Below are positions 1-9,551 of a DNA stretch of 64,000 nt, piece by piece. How positions within the stretch are numbered: position 1 is the stretch's first letter; each line of letters opens with the position of its first letter. The DNA is from Rhodobiaceae bacterium (GTDB taxonomy: Bacteria > Pseudomonadota > Alphaproteobacteria > Rhizobiales > Aestuariivirgaceae), in the NCBI GenBank assembly GCA_031417195.1, contig JANOVC010000026.1:23100-87099 (forward strand), in the 5' to 3' direction. Below the pieces are notes generated by a model. It saw nothing but the letters and a program-made list of their open reading frames with translations, had not been told where the DNA came from and searched no databases. A program made the translations under genes and the position numbers.

Positions 1-330
1 CCGGAACTTGACGATATTGGTATTGGTCAGGGCCACGGTTTCAATACCGAGACTTTTGAATTCGCTCACCGTCTTGCCAACCTTGGGTGCGGCGAGCTTC
101 GGCATGCGGCTGCTTTCGAGTGACTGCATGAGAATGCGCTTGGCCGCACTTTCGGGGTCCATTGCCGCTGGCTTCAATCCGTTGACAGCAAAGCCGCGGA
201 ACGTGCTGCGCTCCTGCTTCAGTGCGCCCAGCATCTTGTTGTCCTTGGCGTTTGCGACATGAATGGAATAGGCCGTGAACAGCTTCCTGCGCTTGTCGGA
301 TGATGCGGTCTTGCGAGGTACTCTTGCCAT
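1..330 (-). CDS. N-terminal part of a probable M4-family (thermolysin-like) metallopeptidase, truncated by the window edge
   Basis: Not in the ORF track. Hand translation from ATG 330 gives MARVPRKTASSDKRRKLFTAYSIHV...DPESAAKRILMQSL...EFKSLGIETVALTNTNIVKFR, open to base 1, with RBS GAGGAAGG upstream. Resembles propeptide (FTP-like) regions of M4 peptidases; the catalytic HEXXH lies outside the window. Confidence 0.6.
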   Translation of the reverse strand, partial: MARVPRKTASSDKRRKLFTAYSIHVANAKDNKMLGALKQERSTFRGFAVNGLKPAAMDPESAAKRILMQSLESSRMPKLAAPKVGKTVSEFKSLGIETVALTNTNIVKFR

Positions 331-437
331 GATTTGGTTCCTTCCTCTTCTCAGCACGTCCCAGTCCGGGAGACTACTCCAGAAGTGTTTTCGCGTTAAG
401 GGTATCGGCAAGGATTTATGCGAACTCAGCACCAAAA

Positions 438-457
438 ACTGTGATAAAGTTCACAGT
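438..457. promoter_or_regulatory. CRP/FNR-family-like palindromic site ACTGTGA-N6-TCACAGT
   Basis: Perfect TGTGA-N6-TCACA core with palindromic flanks, about 110 nt upstream of the ATG at 330. Confidence 0.45.
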
Positions 458-550
458 CGCTTCAGCAAACGTTCAATTGTTTCAGTGATGCGGAAAGCCT
501 CCCGCTTCAACAAAACTGTCAATCAGGTTGGGTGATTGACACGAAGGAGA

Positions 551-586
551 CGGGCCAAACGTTTGTTGGCCCGCCTTTGATTTTTT
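551..586 (+). terminator. Terminator-like hairpin CGGGCCAA/TTGGCCCG followed by a T-rich tract on the + strand
   Basis: 8-bp stem at 551-558/566-573, then CCTTTGATTTTTT. Also lies downstream of the minus-strand hydrolase gene. Confidence 0.45.
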
Positions 587-644
587 GCACGGGGCCAGCA
601 ACATCATTCGACATGCTACGTTGGCGCATGGTTTGTAAAAAGCC

Positions 645-1424
645 TCACTCGGCCATTGCTGCGATAATCGCGTCCGCAGCCGCTTGAGGTGCAGTGATGA
701 AGAGTGAATGGCCCGCGTCAACTGAGATCACCTGTTTCAATCCCGCCCGCTCGATCATCATGTCCTGCAACGGTGTTGAAACGGCGTTGTCCTTTGTGGT
801 GCGAATGTAGGCCTTGGCCACACCATCAAACACAGCGGTGAGGTTTATGGATTCTGCCATTAGTGCAAGCGGTTCCTTAAGCAGGCTCTTGGTGACCATG
901 GACTGGATTTCCGGCGACCCGTCATTGGCGAAGATCAGCCCGCGATCCGCTTCCAGCACCTCGGCGTAGCTAAAGTCCTTGGCCACCACAAAATTCTCTT
1001 TCGTGAACTTGCTATTCTTGTCCTGCGCTGAAAGGCTCTGCAGGGACTCGCCCGATTTCGGGAGATAGGCCGCCACATAGATGAGCTTTTTGATCTTGGC
1101 GGGTTCGGCCTCGGCCACGTTGGAAATTGTGAAGCCGCCAAAGCTATGGCCCACGAGATAGGCAGGCTCAGCCTTGCCGTCGATCACGGCCCGCGCAGTG
1201 TCTCGATATGCTGCGAGGTTGATGGTCTTCAGGTCTCCTTCGGCACCGCGACCCGGCAGATCGACCACGTCTACATCGTGTCCCTCGGCTTCGAGCAGCT
1301 TTTCAACCTCCGACCAAGCTGCGGCATTCTGGAACGCGCCATGGATGATGATGATGCGGTCTGCGAAGGCGGAGCCTGCAAAGGCCCATGCGGCAGCGAA
1401 TGTTGCGAGCAAAAGTTTCTTCAT
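645..1424 (-). CDS. Secreted alpha/beta-hydrolase (esterase)
   Basis: Signal peptide MKKLLLATFAAAWAFAGSAFA, HGAF oxyanion motif, GHSFGG nucleophile elbow, C-terminal GHS. RBS GGGAGA before ATG 1424. Confidence 0.9.
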   Translation of the reverse strand: MKKLLLATFAAAWAFAGSAFADRIIIIHGAFQNAAAWSEVEKLLEAEGHDVDVVDLPGRGAEGDLKTINLAAYRDTARAVIDGKAEPAYLVGHSFGGFTISNVAEAEPAKIKKLIYVAAYLPKSGESLQSLSAQDKNSKFTKENFVVAKDFSYAEVLEADRGLIFANDGSPEIQSMVTKSLLKEPLALMAESINLTAVFDGVAKAYIRTTKDNAVSTPLQDMMIERAGLKQVISVDAGHSLFITAPQAAADAIIAAMAE

Positions 1425-1425
1425 G

Positions 1426-2196
1426 TCATTCTCCCAGGGCTTCGATGATTTTTTCGGCTGTCTCCATGCCGGAGAAATTCTGCTGGCCGGTGATGAGGTT
1501 GCCGTCGCGCACGGCGAAACCGCGCCACAGGCCCGCCTGGATGTAGTTGGCACCGAGTTTTTTCAGTTCGTCCTCGATGCGCCAAGGCATGACATGCTTG
1601 TCGCGTGCCAGAAGATTCATGCCCTACACGGCATTGTCGGCGAAATCCTCCTCCACATTGGCAAAGCCGGTCACCGTTTTGCCTCTGGCAAGTGGTTCGC
1701 CGTTTGAAAGCCTGGCGTATTTGAGAATGGCAACACCATGACAGAGAGCGGCCGCCACCTTGCCTGACTCATAGAAGTCCACAAACTTCTTGTGGAGTGC
1801 GGTTGCCTTGTCGAAGGTGAACATCGGTGCCTGGCCGCCTGCGACGACAATGGCATCAAAATCGGCCACCTTCAGCTCGTTGATCTTGCGTGTTGCCTCA
1901 ACCTTCGCCGCCAACGCGGGCATTGCAATGAAGCCCATGCTGATCAGATCGGTTGAGGAGTATTTTGTGGGATCACGCGGATCGCTCATGGCATCCGCCG
2001 CACACTTGCCGCCGTCTGGCGAAAAGATTTCGACTTCGTAGCCCTTCTCGGTGAAGGTGAGATAGGGGTGGCTGAGTTCCGACCACCAGAAGCCCACGGG
2101 CCAGCCAGTGGTTGTGGAGATCGCCGGATTGGAAATGACAATCGCGATGCGCTTGGGCTTTTTCGCATTGACGGGGTTGGGATCACGTAGGCTCAT
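1426..2196 (-). pseudogene. DJ-1/PfpI-family (type 1 glutamine amidotransferase-like) gene interrupted by an in-frame TAG at 1624-1626
   Basis: ORFs 1624..2196 and 1426..1620 share one frame, joined as GTG-TAG-GGC-ATG. N-part has GFWWSEL, VAGGQ and ALCHG; C-part has RDGNLITGQQNFSG. Confidence 0.85.
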
Positions 2197-2214
2197 GTTG
2201 TTCTCCTTTGATAT

Positions 2215-2814
2215 TCAGCGTTTGGTGATTGTGAACGCGAAGCCGCGGCCGAGGCCCTGCCGGAAGGCGAGGTCCATCCACAGGCTTGCCAGTTGTTCGA
2301 GTTTGTCGGATTTGGTGAGCGGACCTGCGTCAATGGCATCGAGGCCAAGATCGGCCACGAGCGTCATCACAACGGCTTTGCCTGCTACGTCATCACCCGT
2401 CACCAGCATGAGGGGCTTTGATGTGAAAGCTTTTGGGTTGATCAGGTTTTCAAAGCCGGTTTGATTGAGTGACTTGAAAACATATGCCTCGGGTTGCCAT
2501 TGTTGCACCTGTTCCGCGCCCGAAAGCACATGGCCGGTTTTGTCGGTGGGCGCACCTGCACCCATAATAACCGGGTTGGAACAGTCGATGATCACATTGC
2601 CCTTCTGCGGGCCCATCATCTTGCACGCCGCCTCCACCGCATCCCAAGGTGTGGCAATTGCAATCACATCGGTCTGGTCTGCCGCCGCCTTGATGCCGAC
2701 GTGGCCAAGGCCTTTCGGTTCGCGCGAGCCGTAGACGACCACATGCCCAGCCGCTTTCCAGCCTTCGCCAATGGCGGTTCCAATCCGTCCGGTTCCGATT
2801 ACCGCAATACGCAT
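2215..2814 (-). CDS. NADPH-dependent F420 reductase-like / NAD(P)-binding oxidoreductase
   Basis: MRIAVIGTGRIG Rossmann motif, IATPW, IIDCSNP, VFKSLN, DAIDAGPL. Confidence 0.85.
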   Translation of the reverse strand: MRIAVIGTGRIGTAIGEGWKAAGHVVVYGSREPKGLGHVGIKAAADQTDVIAIATPWDAVEAACKMMGPQKGNVIIDCSNPVIMGAGAPTDKTGHVLSGAEQVQQWQPEAYVFKSLNQTGFENLINPKAFTSKPLMLVTGDDVAGKAVVMTLVADLGLDAIDAGPLTKSDKLEQLASLWMDLAFRQGLGRGFAFTITKR

Positions 2815-2844
2815 ATTCACACTCTTCATTTCATACGCGATGTG

Positions 2845-2863
2845 ATATGAGTATAGTTCATAT
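2845..2863. promoter_or_regulatory. LysR recognition box (ATATGA-N7-TCATAT, containing T-N11-A)
   Basis: Perfect inverted repeat in the short divergent gap between the oxidoreductase and the LysR gene. Confidence 0.7.
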
Positions 2864-2884
2864 TAAAACCAGTGAATTAAACTC

Positions 2885-3808
2885 ATGACTGATATTGATC
2901 ATATTGCATTGCGCCGACTCGACATGACGATGTTGCTGGTATTCGCAGAGACGATGCGGCTCAGAAAGCTCACACTGGTGGCGCGTAGGCTGGGCCTCAC
3001 GCAATCGGCGATCAGCCATACGGTTGGTCGTCTTCGCGATGTGTTTGGCGATCCACTGTTCCTGCGCAAGCCCCATGGCATCGAGCCCACATCTCGCGCG
3101 CTCGACCTGGAACCACGTATCGCCGCCGTTTTGGCGATGACGCAGGACACGCTCAATATACCAGAGGCGTTTGATCCGGTCACGGTACGGCGGCGCTTCC
3201 GCATCGGCACGCTCGACTATCATGCGTCAATGTTCGGGCCTGCCTTGTGCGGCGTCTTTGAAAGGCAAGCGCCGGGCCTTGAACTCATGCTGCGGTCTGC
3301 AGCCCGCCAGGATGCGCTTGACCTGCTTGATGCCAATGAAGTGGATCTTGTCATTGGCTTCGTGACGAATGTGTCGCAGCAGCATTTTGTGCAACGGCTG
3401 CATGAGGAGATCTATGCCGTTGTGGCGCGGCAGAAAAACAAGATGTTTGACGGTTCCACCAAGTCCTATCTTGCCGCACGGCATCTCCTAGTTTCACTTT
3501 TGGGCGATGCGCGCGGCATTGTTGATGAGGTGCTTGAGTCAAAGGGTATGAAGCGGCATGTAGCGGCCGTGTTCCCGCTGTTTTTTCCGGCACTCGCCAC
3601 GGTGAGTGAGACGGACATGATCGCCACGCTGCCCAAGCGGCTGGCGGAGGCAAATGCCGCGCGGTTCAAGCTCAATCTTTTTCCACCGCCGATCAAGATC
3701 AGGTCGTTTCCCGTGAATGCCATCTGGCACCGCCGCAACGAGAAGGACGCCGGGTTGGCCTGGGTGGTGCAGCAACTTTCGGCAATGTCGGCATCGTTGG
3801 ATCGATAA
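2885..3808 (+). CDS. LysR-family transcriptional regulator
   Basis: HTH LTLVARRLGLTQSAISHTVGRLRDVFGDPLFLR plus substrate-binding domain; divergent from its likely target operon. Confidence 0.95.
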   Translation: MTDIDHIALRRLDMTMLLVFAETMRLRKLTLVARRLGLTQSAISHTVGRLRDVFGDPLFLRKPHGIEPTSRALDLEPRIAAVLAMTQDTLNIPEAFDPVTVRRRFRIGTLDYHASMFGPALCGVFERQAPGLELMLRSAARQDALDLLDANEVDLVIGFVTNVSQQHFVQRLHEEIYAVVARQKNKMFDGSTKSYLAARHLLVSLLGDARGIVDEVLESKGMKRHVAAVFPLFFPALATVSETDMIATLPKRLAEANAARFKLNLFPPPIKIRSFPVNAIWHRRNEKDAGLAWVVQQLSAMSASLDR

Positions 3809-3895
3809 TGCAGATCCCCGTTATGCTTCACGGCTTGTTTTGCATTTTTGACTCTTTGGACTAAGCTGAAGGTTTGTTGAGGAGAGACAGGAATT

Positions 3896-4399
3896 TTGAG
3901 TCTTACTGGGGATTTGGCGCGTATTGAACTGCAGGAGCAAACCTTGCGGTTTTCACATTTTGACGAGGTGGACGCCTGGGCCTTGGGAACGCAGATGCAA
4001 GCGGCGGCGGTTGTTAAAAACTTGCCCTTGGTGATTGATATCCGGGTGGCGGGCAGGGCGCTGTTTTATGCAGCGCTCGCCGGAACCACACCTGATAATG
4101 CGGAATGGGTGCGGCGGAAAATAAATGTGGTGATGCGCCTTCACAAGTCATCGTATCGTGTCAGCCGCGAGATTGCCAAAAGCGGGCAAGTGCTGGATGA
4201 ACTGCGCGGGTTCCATCCCATTGATGCGGCACCCCATGGTGGTTGCTTTCCCATACATATTATTGGCACGGGCGTTGTTGGCACTGTCACCGTATCCGGT
4301 GTTCCACAGCGGGAGGACCATAATTTTGTGGTTGCTGCCTTGTGTGAATTTCTGAAGCAACCGCATGACGGGTTGGCGCTGGCTGCTGAAACACCATGA
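3896..4399 (+). CDS. Heme-degrading-domain (UPF0303/DUF336-like) protein
   Basis: TTG start after RBS GAGGAGAG; motifs WVRRKINVV, HGGCFPI, GTVTVSGVPQREDH. Confidence 0.75.
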   Translation: MSLTGDLARIELQEQTLRFSHFDEVDAWALGTQMQAAAVVKNLPLVIDIRVAGRALFYAALAGTTPDNAEWVRRKINVVMRLHKSSYRVSREIAKSGQVLDELRGFHPIDAAPHGGCFPIHIIGTGVVGTVTVSGVPQREDHNFVVAALCEFLKQPHDGLALAAETP

Positions 4400-5154
4400 C
4401 ACCAGAAACGATGTTTTATATTCTGGCAGCCGTCGCCTCTTTCATGGTTGGCGCTTCCAAAGGTGGTTTACCCCTGATCGGCATCCTCGCGGTTCCGGTC
4501 ATGTCGCTGGTCATTTCACCTGTTGTTGCCGCCGGACTGCTGCTGCCGATTTACATCATCAGCGACATGTATGGCCTGTGGATTTACCGCAAGCAATTTG
4601 ATGCGCGCAACATCGCCATCATTGTGCCTGCTGCGGCCATTGGTATTGCCGTGGGCTGGGCTACGGCGAAATTCACCAATGATGACATGGTAAAAATACT
4701 TGTGGGCATCATCGGTCTTGCCTATTGCGCCGATGCCATTCTCAAAGCCAAGCGCAACTTGCCGCCCAAGTCCGCGGATGTTCCGCGCGGCGTTTTCTGG
4801 GGTGCAATTTCAGGCTTCACCAGTTTCGTGTCCCATGCGGGCGCGCCGCCTTACCAGATGTACGTTCTGCCGCAACGCTTGGACAAGATGGTTTACGCGG
4901 GCACGACAACAATCACCTTTGCGATCATCAATTTGCTGAAATTGCCGCCCTATTGGTTTCTGGGGCAGGTCAGCCTGAAAAGCCTCGAGCAGGCGCTGTA
5001 TCTTTCCCCCGTTGCCATCATTGGTGCTTATCTGGGATACCAACTCACCAAGATCATTCCGCAGGGTTTGTTCTTCAAGCTGGTGGAAGTTGTGCTCTTT
5101 TCCGTGTCTCTGAAGCTGATTTACGATGGCGTTGTCGGATTGACAACGGTGTAA
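4396..5154 (+). CDS. Sulfite exporter TauE/SafE family membrane protein
   Basis: Multi-TM protein with KGGLP and FTSFVSHAGAPP motifs; ATGA overlap with the upstream gene. Confidence 0.9.
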   Translation: MTPETMFYILAAVASFMVGASKGGLPLIGILAVPVMSLVISPVVAAGLLLPIYIISDMYGLWIYRKQFDARNIAIIVPAAAIGIAVGWATAKFTNDDMVKILVGIIGLAYCADAILKAKRNLPPKSADVPRGVFWGAISGFTSFVSHAGAPPYQMYVLPQRLDKMVYAGTTTITFAIINLLKLPPYWFLGQVSLKSLEQALYLSPVAIIGAYLGYQLTKIIPQGLFFKLVEVVLFSVSLKLIYDGVVGLTTV

Positions 5155-5203
5155 GGTTTCTGCCACTTTCCAGGTGAGTGGGCGCTCAACTGGAGTCAAC
5201 GAC

Positions 5204-6856
5204 ATGTCGATTCGCTTTGCTATACTGGCCGCTTTCCTGTTTTTATTCACACCTGCTCCCCTGCATGCCGAAGACGGCAGTCGTGTCATTTTGGTGCTGG
5301 ATGCCTCGGGTTCCATGCGCGGCAAGATCGATGGCACATCAAAAATGGATATTGCCAAGGAGGTTGTGGCCAAGCTGGTGAGTGAGTGGAAACCCGCCGA
5401 CGAGTTGGGGTTGGTGTCTTACGGCCACCGTGAAAAGGGGTCTTGCACGGATATTGAAGTGTTGCGTGAACCCGGCAAGCTCGATACCGGTGATTACATG
5501 AAGGCGGTGAATGCGCTGAACCCCAAGGGCAAAACACCGATGACAGCTGCGGTGCGCATGGCTGCGGAAGCTCTTCAGTACACGGAGAAAAAAGCCACTG
5601 TCATTCTGGTGTCAGATGGCATTGAAACCTGCGATCCCAACCCTTGTGCCGTGGCCGGGGAATTGGAAAAGCTGGGTGTTGGCCTCACGGTTCACACAGT
5701 GGGATTTGGTTTGGATGACAAGGGTGCCGTGGCCCAGCTCAAATGCCTCGCTGAAAAGACCGGCGGCACGTTTTCCACCGCCAACAATGCCCAGGAATTG
5801 CAGAAGGCTTTGACCAAAACCGTGGCTGCCGCACCGCCGCCGAAACCTGAACCTGCCGTGGACGAAAACAACTTCATCGGCCACGTGACAATGGCCAAGG
5901 GTGTCGAGCTTCCGGAAAAATTCAACCAACCAACTTGGGTGTTTTTTGGCTCCTTGGATGGCGAAGATGGCAAAATCATCAATACGGAGTATGGCCCGGA
6001 CGTGAAATACAACTTTCCAAGGGACGGTGATTTCATGGTGCGCATTGCCGAAGGCGTTGCCCGTTTGAAGTTTCCGATAAAAATTGAAAAGGGCAAGGTG
6101 ACGAAGAGTGATGTGAGCCTTGAGGCGGGTATTATTGAGTTTTCTGGTTTTCTGGATGACGACACACCGCTTCCCGAAGGCAGTGGCACGTGGGAGATTT
6201 TTGACGCTGAAGGAAAGCGGCTTGATACGAAATATGGACCCACCGTTGTGGTCATGGCCAATGCCGGAGTGCACAAGATTGAACTCACATTGGGAACAGC
6301 CCATGTGGAGCAGAACGTTGAGTTCATTGCTGGCAAGATCACGCAACAGAAGATGTCGCTGGGCGCTGGTGTGATTGAGGTGACGGCGGTGTTCTCGGAA
6401 GGCGGAAAGGCCGTTTCTGAGGGAGCACCTATGGAACTGCGCAAGGGTGAGGCCGATCTTGATGGCAAACACGAATTAATACAGACAGATTACGGCGCGC
6501 CGACGCGTTTCAAGGCGCCAGCGGGCACGTATCAAGTCGTGGTTTTCAAGGATTATGCCACGGCGACCATGCCTGTCACATTGGGGGCAGGTGCGGTTGC
6601 GAAAGTGCAAGTAAACATGAATGCGGGTTACATGGCGATCAAGGCTCTCGGTGCCACGTCCATGGTGATTTTCAGTGGTGAAAAGGATCTGGCTGGTGAA
6701 CGGCAGAACCTTGGTACGGAATATACTGAGGATTTGAACAAGGCGTTTACCGCAGGAACCTATCATGTGGTCATTCATGGGGCGGATGATGTTGTGATGG
6801 CTGAGAAGGATATCGAGATCAAGGCGGGCGAGCGCAATGAAAGCTCCGTTCCTTGA
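5204..6856 (+). CDS. Secreted von Willebrand factor A domain protein with C-terminal beta-rich repeats
   Basis: Signal peptide, MIDAS motif LVLDASGSM, ILVSDGIETC, Pro-rich linker AAPPPKPEP; RBS GGAG before ATG 5204. Confidence 0.9.
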   Translation: MSIRFAILAAFLFLFTPAPLHAEDGSRVILVLDASGSMRGKIDGTSKMDIAKEVVAKLVSEWKPADELGLVSYGHREKGSCTDIEVLREPGKLDTGDYMKAVNALNPKGKTPMTAAVRMAAEALQYTEKKATVILVSDGIETCDPNPCAVAGELEKLGVGLTVHTVGFGLDDKGAVAQLKCLAEKTGGTFSTANNAQELQKALTKTVAAAPPPKPEPAVDENNFIGHVTMAKGVELPEKFNQPTWVFFGSLDGEDGKIINTEYGPDVKYNFPRDGDFMVRIAEGVARLKFPIKIEKGKVTKSDVSLEAGIIEFSGFLDDDTPLPEGSGTWEIFDAEGKRLDTKYGPTVVVMANAGVHKIELTLGTAHVEQNVEFIAGKITQQKMSLGAGVIEVTAVFSEGGKAVSEGAPMELRKGEADLDGKHELIQTDYGAPTRFKAPAGTYQVVVFKDYATATMPVTLGAGAVAKVQVNMNAGYMAIKALGATSMVIFSGEKDLAGERQNLGTEYTEDLNKAFTAGTYHVVIHGADDVVMAEKDIEIKAGERNESSVP

Positions 6857-6918
6857 GGATACAATCGGGACAATATAGGGCTTGAAGCTGGGGCGGCGCG
6901 CTCGCTAGTGTGCCGTCC

Positions 6919-7827
6919 ATGAAGCTTACATTTCACACCCTTGATGTTTTCACCAACCGCCGCTTCTGCGGCAATCCCTTGGCCGTCGTTCTCGATGCCG
7001 ATCATCTGTCCACGGAGCAAATGCAGGCCATCACGAGGGAGTTCAATCTCTCGGAGACAATTTTCGTGATGAAGCCCGCTAATGCAGCGAACACGGCCAA
7101 GGTGCGTATCTTTTTTCCCGGTGGTGAAATGTCTTTTGCGGGGCATCCCACGGTGGGCTGTGCCATTCTGCTGGCAGAGATGAGGAATAAACCGGGGTGC
7201 AGTTTTGAAACAACCATACGGCTGGAGGAGAATGCTGGCCTCGTGCCCGTGAAAGTCACGCGCATTGGCGATGTGCCGCGGGCGCAGTTCACGGCACCTG
7301 TTGTGCCGCTTGCTGTTGATGTGGCGTTACCTGCGGTGGAATTGCTTGCCAAGGCGCTTTCGCTTAACCTCATGGACATTGGTTTTGACCAGCATCATAT
7401 CGGTGTTTACCAAGGTGGTCCGCGCTTTTTCTATGTTCCGGTCAATTCCCGCGAGGCACTCGCCCGATGCGTCGTGGCGGAACCCCATTGGTCAGCGATG
7501 ATCACACAGCTGGGCGTGGACAATGCCTATGTCTACACGCGCGGTGGCGAAAATCCCAAGACGGATTTCCGTGGTCGGATGTTTGCGCCAACGGGGGGCA
7601 TTCCTGAAGATCCAGCCACGGGTTCGGCAACAGCGCTTTTGGCTGCTCAACTCTTGAAAGCCGAAGCCCTGAACGACGGCACCCATAAGTGGCAGCTGGA
7701 GCAGGGCTACGAGATGGGGCGCCCGTCTGATCTTTGGCTTGAAGCAGATGTGAAGGAGAGTAAGCTCAGTGCTATTCGTGTCGCCGGTCAGGCGGTGCAT
7801 GTCATGCAGGGAACCCTTGAACTATGA
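6919..7827 (+). CDS. PhzF-family (phenazine biosynthesis-like) isomerase/epimerase
   Basis: DVFT..GNPLAVV, EFNLSET, FAGHPTVG, EDPATGSA, QGYEMGRPS. Confidence 0.92.
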   Translation: MKLTFHTLDVFTNRRFCGNPLAVVLDADHLSTEQMQAITREFNLSETIFVMKPANAANTAKVRIFFPGGEMSFAGHPTVGCAILLAEMRNKPGCSFETTIRLEENAGLVPVKVTRIGDVPRAQFTAPVVPLAVDVALPAVELLAKALSLNLMDIGFDQHHIGVYQGGPRFFYVPVNSREALARCVVAEPHWSAMITQLGVDNAYVYTRGGENPKTDFRGRMFAPTGGIPEDPATGSATALLAAQLLKAEALNDGTHKWQLEQGYEMGRPSDLWLEADVKESKLSAIRVAGQAVHVMQGTLEL

Positions 7828-8249
7828 ACTGGAACCAAATCCTTCTCGCATTGCACCTCATCTTTATTGCGACAGGGCTGGGCCTGAGCTTTTCCAATTT
7901 CATCAACACGCGCCTCAGTTTGGAAAAGACCGGAGACATGGCCAAGGGGCTGGGATTGCAGCGGCTTGCCGTGGCGCGCATTGGTGATGGCGTGATTGCG
8001 GGGATATGGATTACAGGCTTGGCCCTGTGGTCACTGCTCGGCGTGGCCAGTCCAAATGGCTGGTTTCATGCCAAGCTGGCCTTTGTCGTGTTGCTCACCC
8101 TTGCCCACATCCTTGCGCGGCGCACGGGGGGCGTAATGCTGCGCGAGGGAAAGCCTGAGCTCATGGCCCGTTTGAGCCTGTTCATTGGCGCCGGGTGGTT
8201 GTCGGCAGTGATCGCAGTTGTTCTGGCCGTGCTGGCGTTTGAAACCTGA
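7824..8249 (+). CDS. Small 4-TM membrane protein (DUF2269/CopD-like)
   Basis: Four hydrophobic segments, WFHAKLAFVVLL motif; ATGA overlap with the PhzF-family gene. Confidence 0.7.
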   Translation: MNWNQILLALHLIFIATGLGLSFSNFINTRLSLEKTGDMAKGLGLQRLAVARIGDGVIAGIWITGLALWSLLGVASPNGWFHAKLAFVVLLTLAHILARRTGGVMLREGKPELMARLSLFIGAGWLSAVIAVVLAVLAFET

Positions 8250-8492
8250 TTACTGGATATTCAGAATGGCCTTGGCTTCGGCGGTCACATCCAGGCCCTC
8301 CTGCTCGTTGCCTGCGCCACAAAGCTGAACTGCCTGGTTGCGCATGTCCTCGAGCTGGGATTTCTGGTCGTTGCTGAGTTCCTGGTTGGCCAGCGCATCG
8401 TCAATCTTGGCAATGTCATCTTGGCATTGGCCCGCGAGGGCTGAAGTGGTGAGGGCAGCTGCAAAGGCAGCGGCAAGCATTAAGGTTTTCAT
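8250..8492 (-). CDS. Small secreted hypothetical protein with a Cys pair
   Basis: Signal peptide MKTLMLAAAFAAALTTSALA, acidic helical mature part with 2 Cys, GGGA RBS. Confidence 0.75.
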   Translation of the reverse strand: MKTLMLAAAFAAALTTSALAGQCQDDIAKIDDALANQELSNDQKSQLEDMRNQAVQLCGAGNEQEGLDVTAEAKAILNIQ

Positions 8493-8609
8493 TGTCGTCG
8501 GTCCCTGAATTTGATTTGAGAAGCTTGTAATGGAAAATAGTGACGGAAGTTAGCCAGAGTGTTGACGTCAATAAAAACAGGCTTAATGCGGCGTAAAAGC
8601 CACAGTTGG

Positions 8610-9551
8610 CTAACGTGATTGTCGCTCGCCCCCTGCCAAAACGATAACGGCAATAATGATGAGGCCCGTCATGATCAGGCGCACGCCTGCACTCGCTCCG
8701 AATGTGTTAAGCATGGTTACGAGTAAATACATGAAAAGGGCGGCCCCCCAAATTCCAGAAATACTGGCGCGCCCACCGGCAACGGATGTTCCGCCAATAA
8801 CCACAACGGCGATTGATGCCAAAAGGAATTCCTCACCCATGTTAAGTGCGGCACCGCCTGAAAAACCTGACAGCAGAATGCCGCAGACGCCAGATAGCAA
8901 GGCGCTCAGCACATAGGTGTTGAAGCGCGTTTGGTTAACATTGAAGCCTGCCAGCCAAGCGGCTCTTGGATTTTGGCCTATGGCGACAACAGCGCGACCG
9001 TAGATTGTGCGTTTGATGATCATGGATAGAATAATGCTGAGGATGAGCACTAATATTGCGGCGAAAGGAATGCCAAAAATACGTGCCGTTGCAAAATTGT
9101 CCAGCAGTAAGGGTGGCTTTATGCGGATGCCACGGCCATAGGAAATTGCGGTTGAGAGAACCAGAAAGCTGGATGACAGTGTTGCGATAATCGGGGGAAT
9201 GCGCAGCAGGCGGATGAGCGCAAAGTTGAAAACGCCAACGAGAAAGCTTACTGCGAGAGCTGCCGCAATGCCGGGGACCAACAGGTGAGCGTCAGTATCC
9301 ATCACCTTCATGGCAACAACACCCGAGAGTGTGATTGTGGCCGGAATTGAGAGGTCAACATTGCCGGGACCGGTGGTAATCACCATCATCTGGCCCAACC
9401 CCACGATAATGCTGAATGTTGCAAATGAAAGTGCGGCGGTGAGGATTTCTCCCGCGCCTTGGCCACCTGTGTAAGCAATTGTAGCAAGCCAAACGCCGAG
9501 AGCTGCAATGAATGACCATACCCAGGGTTCACGACTCAATTTTTTGATCAT
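8610..9551 (-). CDS. Sugar ABC transporter permease (RbsC-like)
   Basis: Multi-TM; DLSI motif, IPPIIATL, AIGQNPRAA loop, SIAVVVIGGTSV. Confidence 0.92.
   Translation of the reverse strand: MIKKLSREPWVWSFIAALGVWLATIAYTGGQGAGEILTAALSFATFSIIVGLGQMMVITTGPGNVDLSIPATITLSGVVAMKVMDTDAHLLVPGIAAALAVSFLVGVFNFALIRLLRIPPIIATLSSSFLVLSTAISYGRGIRIKPPLLLDNFATARIFGIPFAAILVLILSIILSMIIKRTIYGRAVVAIGQNPRAAWLAGFNVNQTRFNTYVLSALLSGVCGILLSGFSGGAALNMGEEFLLASIAVVVIGGTSVAGGRASISGIWGAALFMYLLVTMLNTFGASAGVRLIMTGLIIIAVIVLAGGERQSR

Noticed and set aside
1624-1626. Pyrrolysine or recoded amber codon in the DJ-1/PfpI gene
   Set aside because: No pyl genes or other amber-interrupted genes in the window; all other TAG codons behave as stops.
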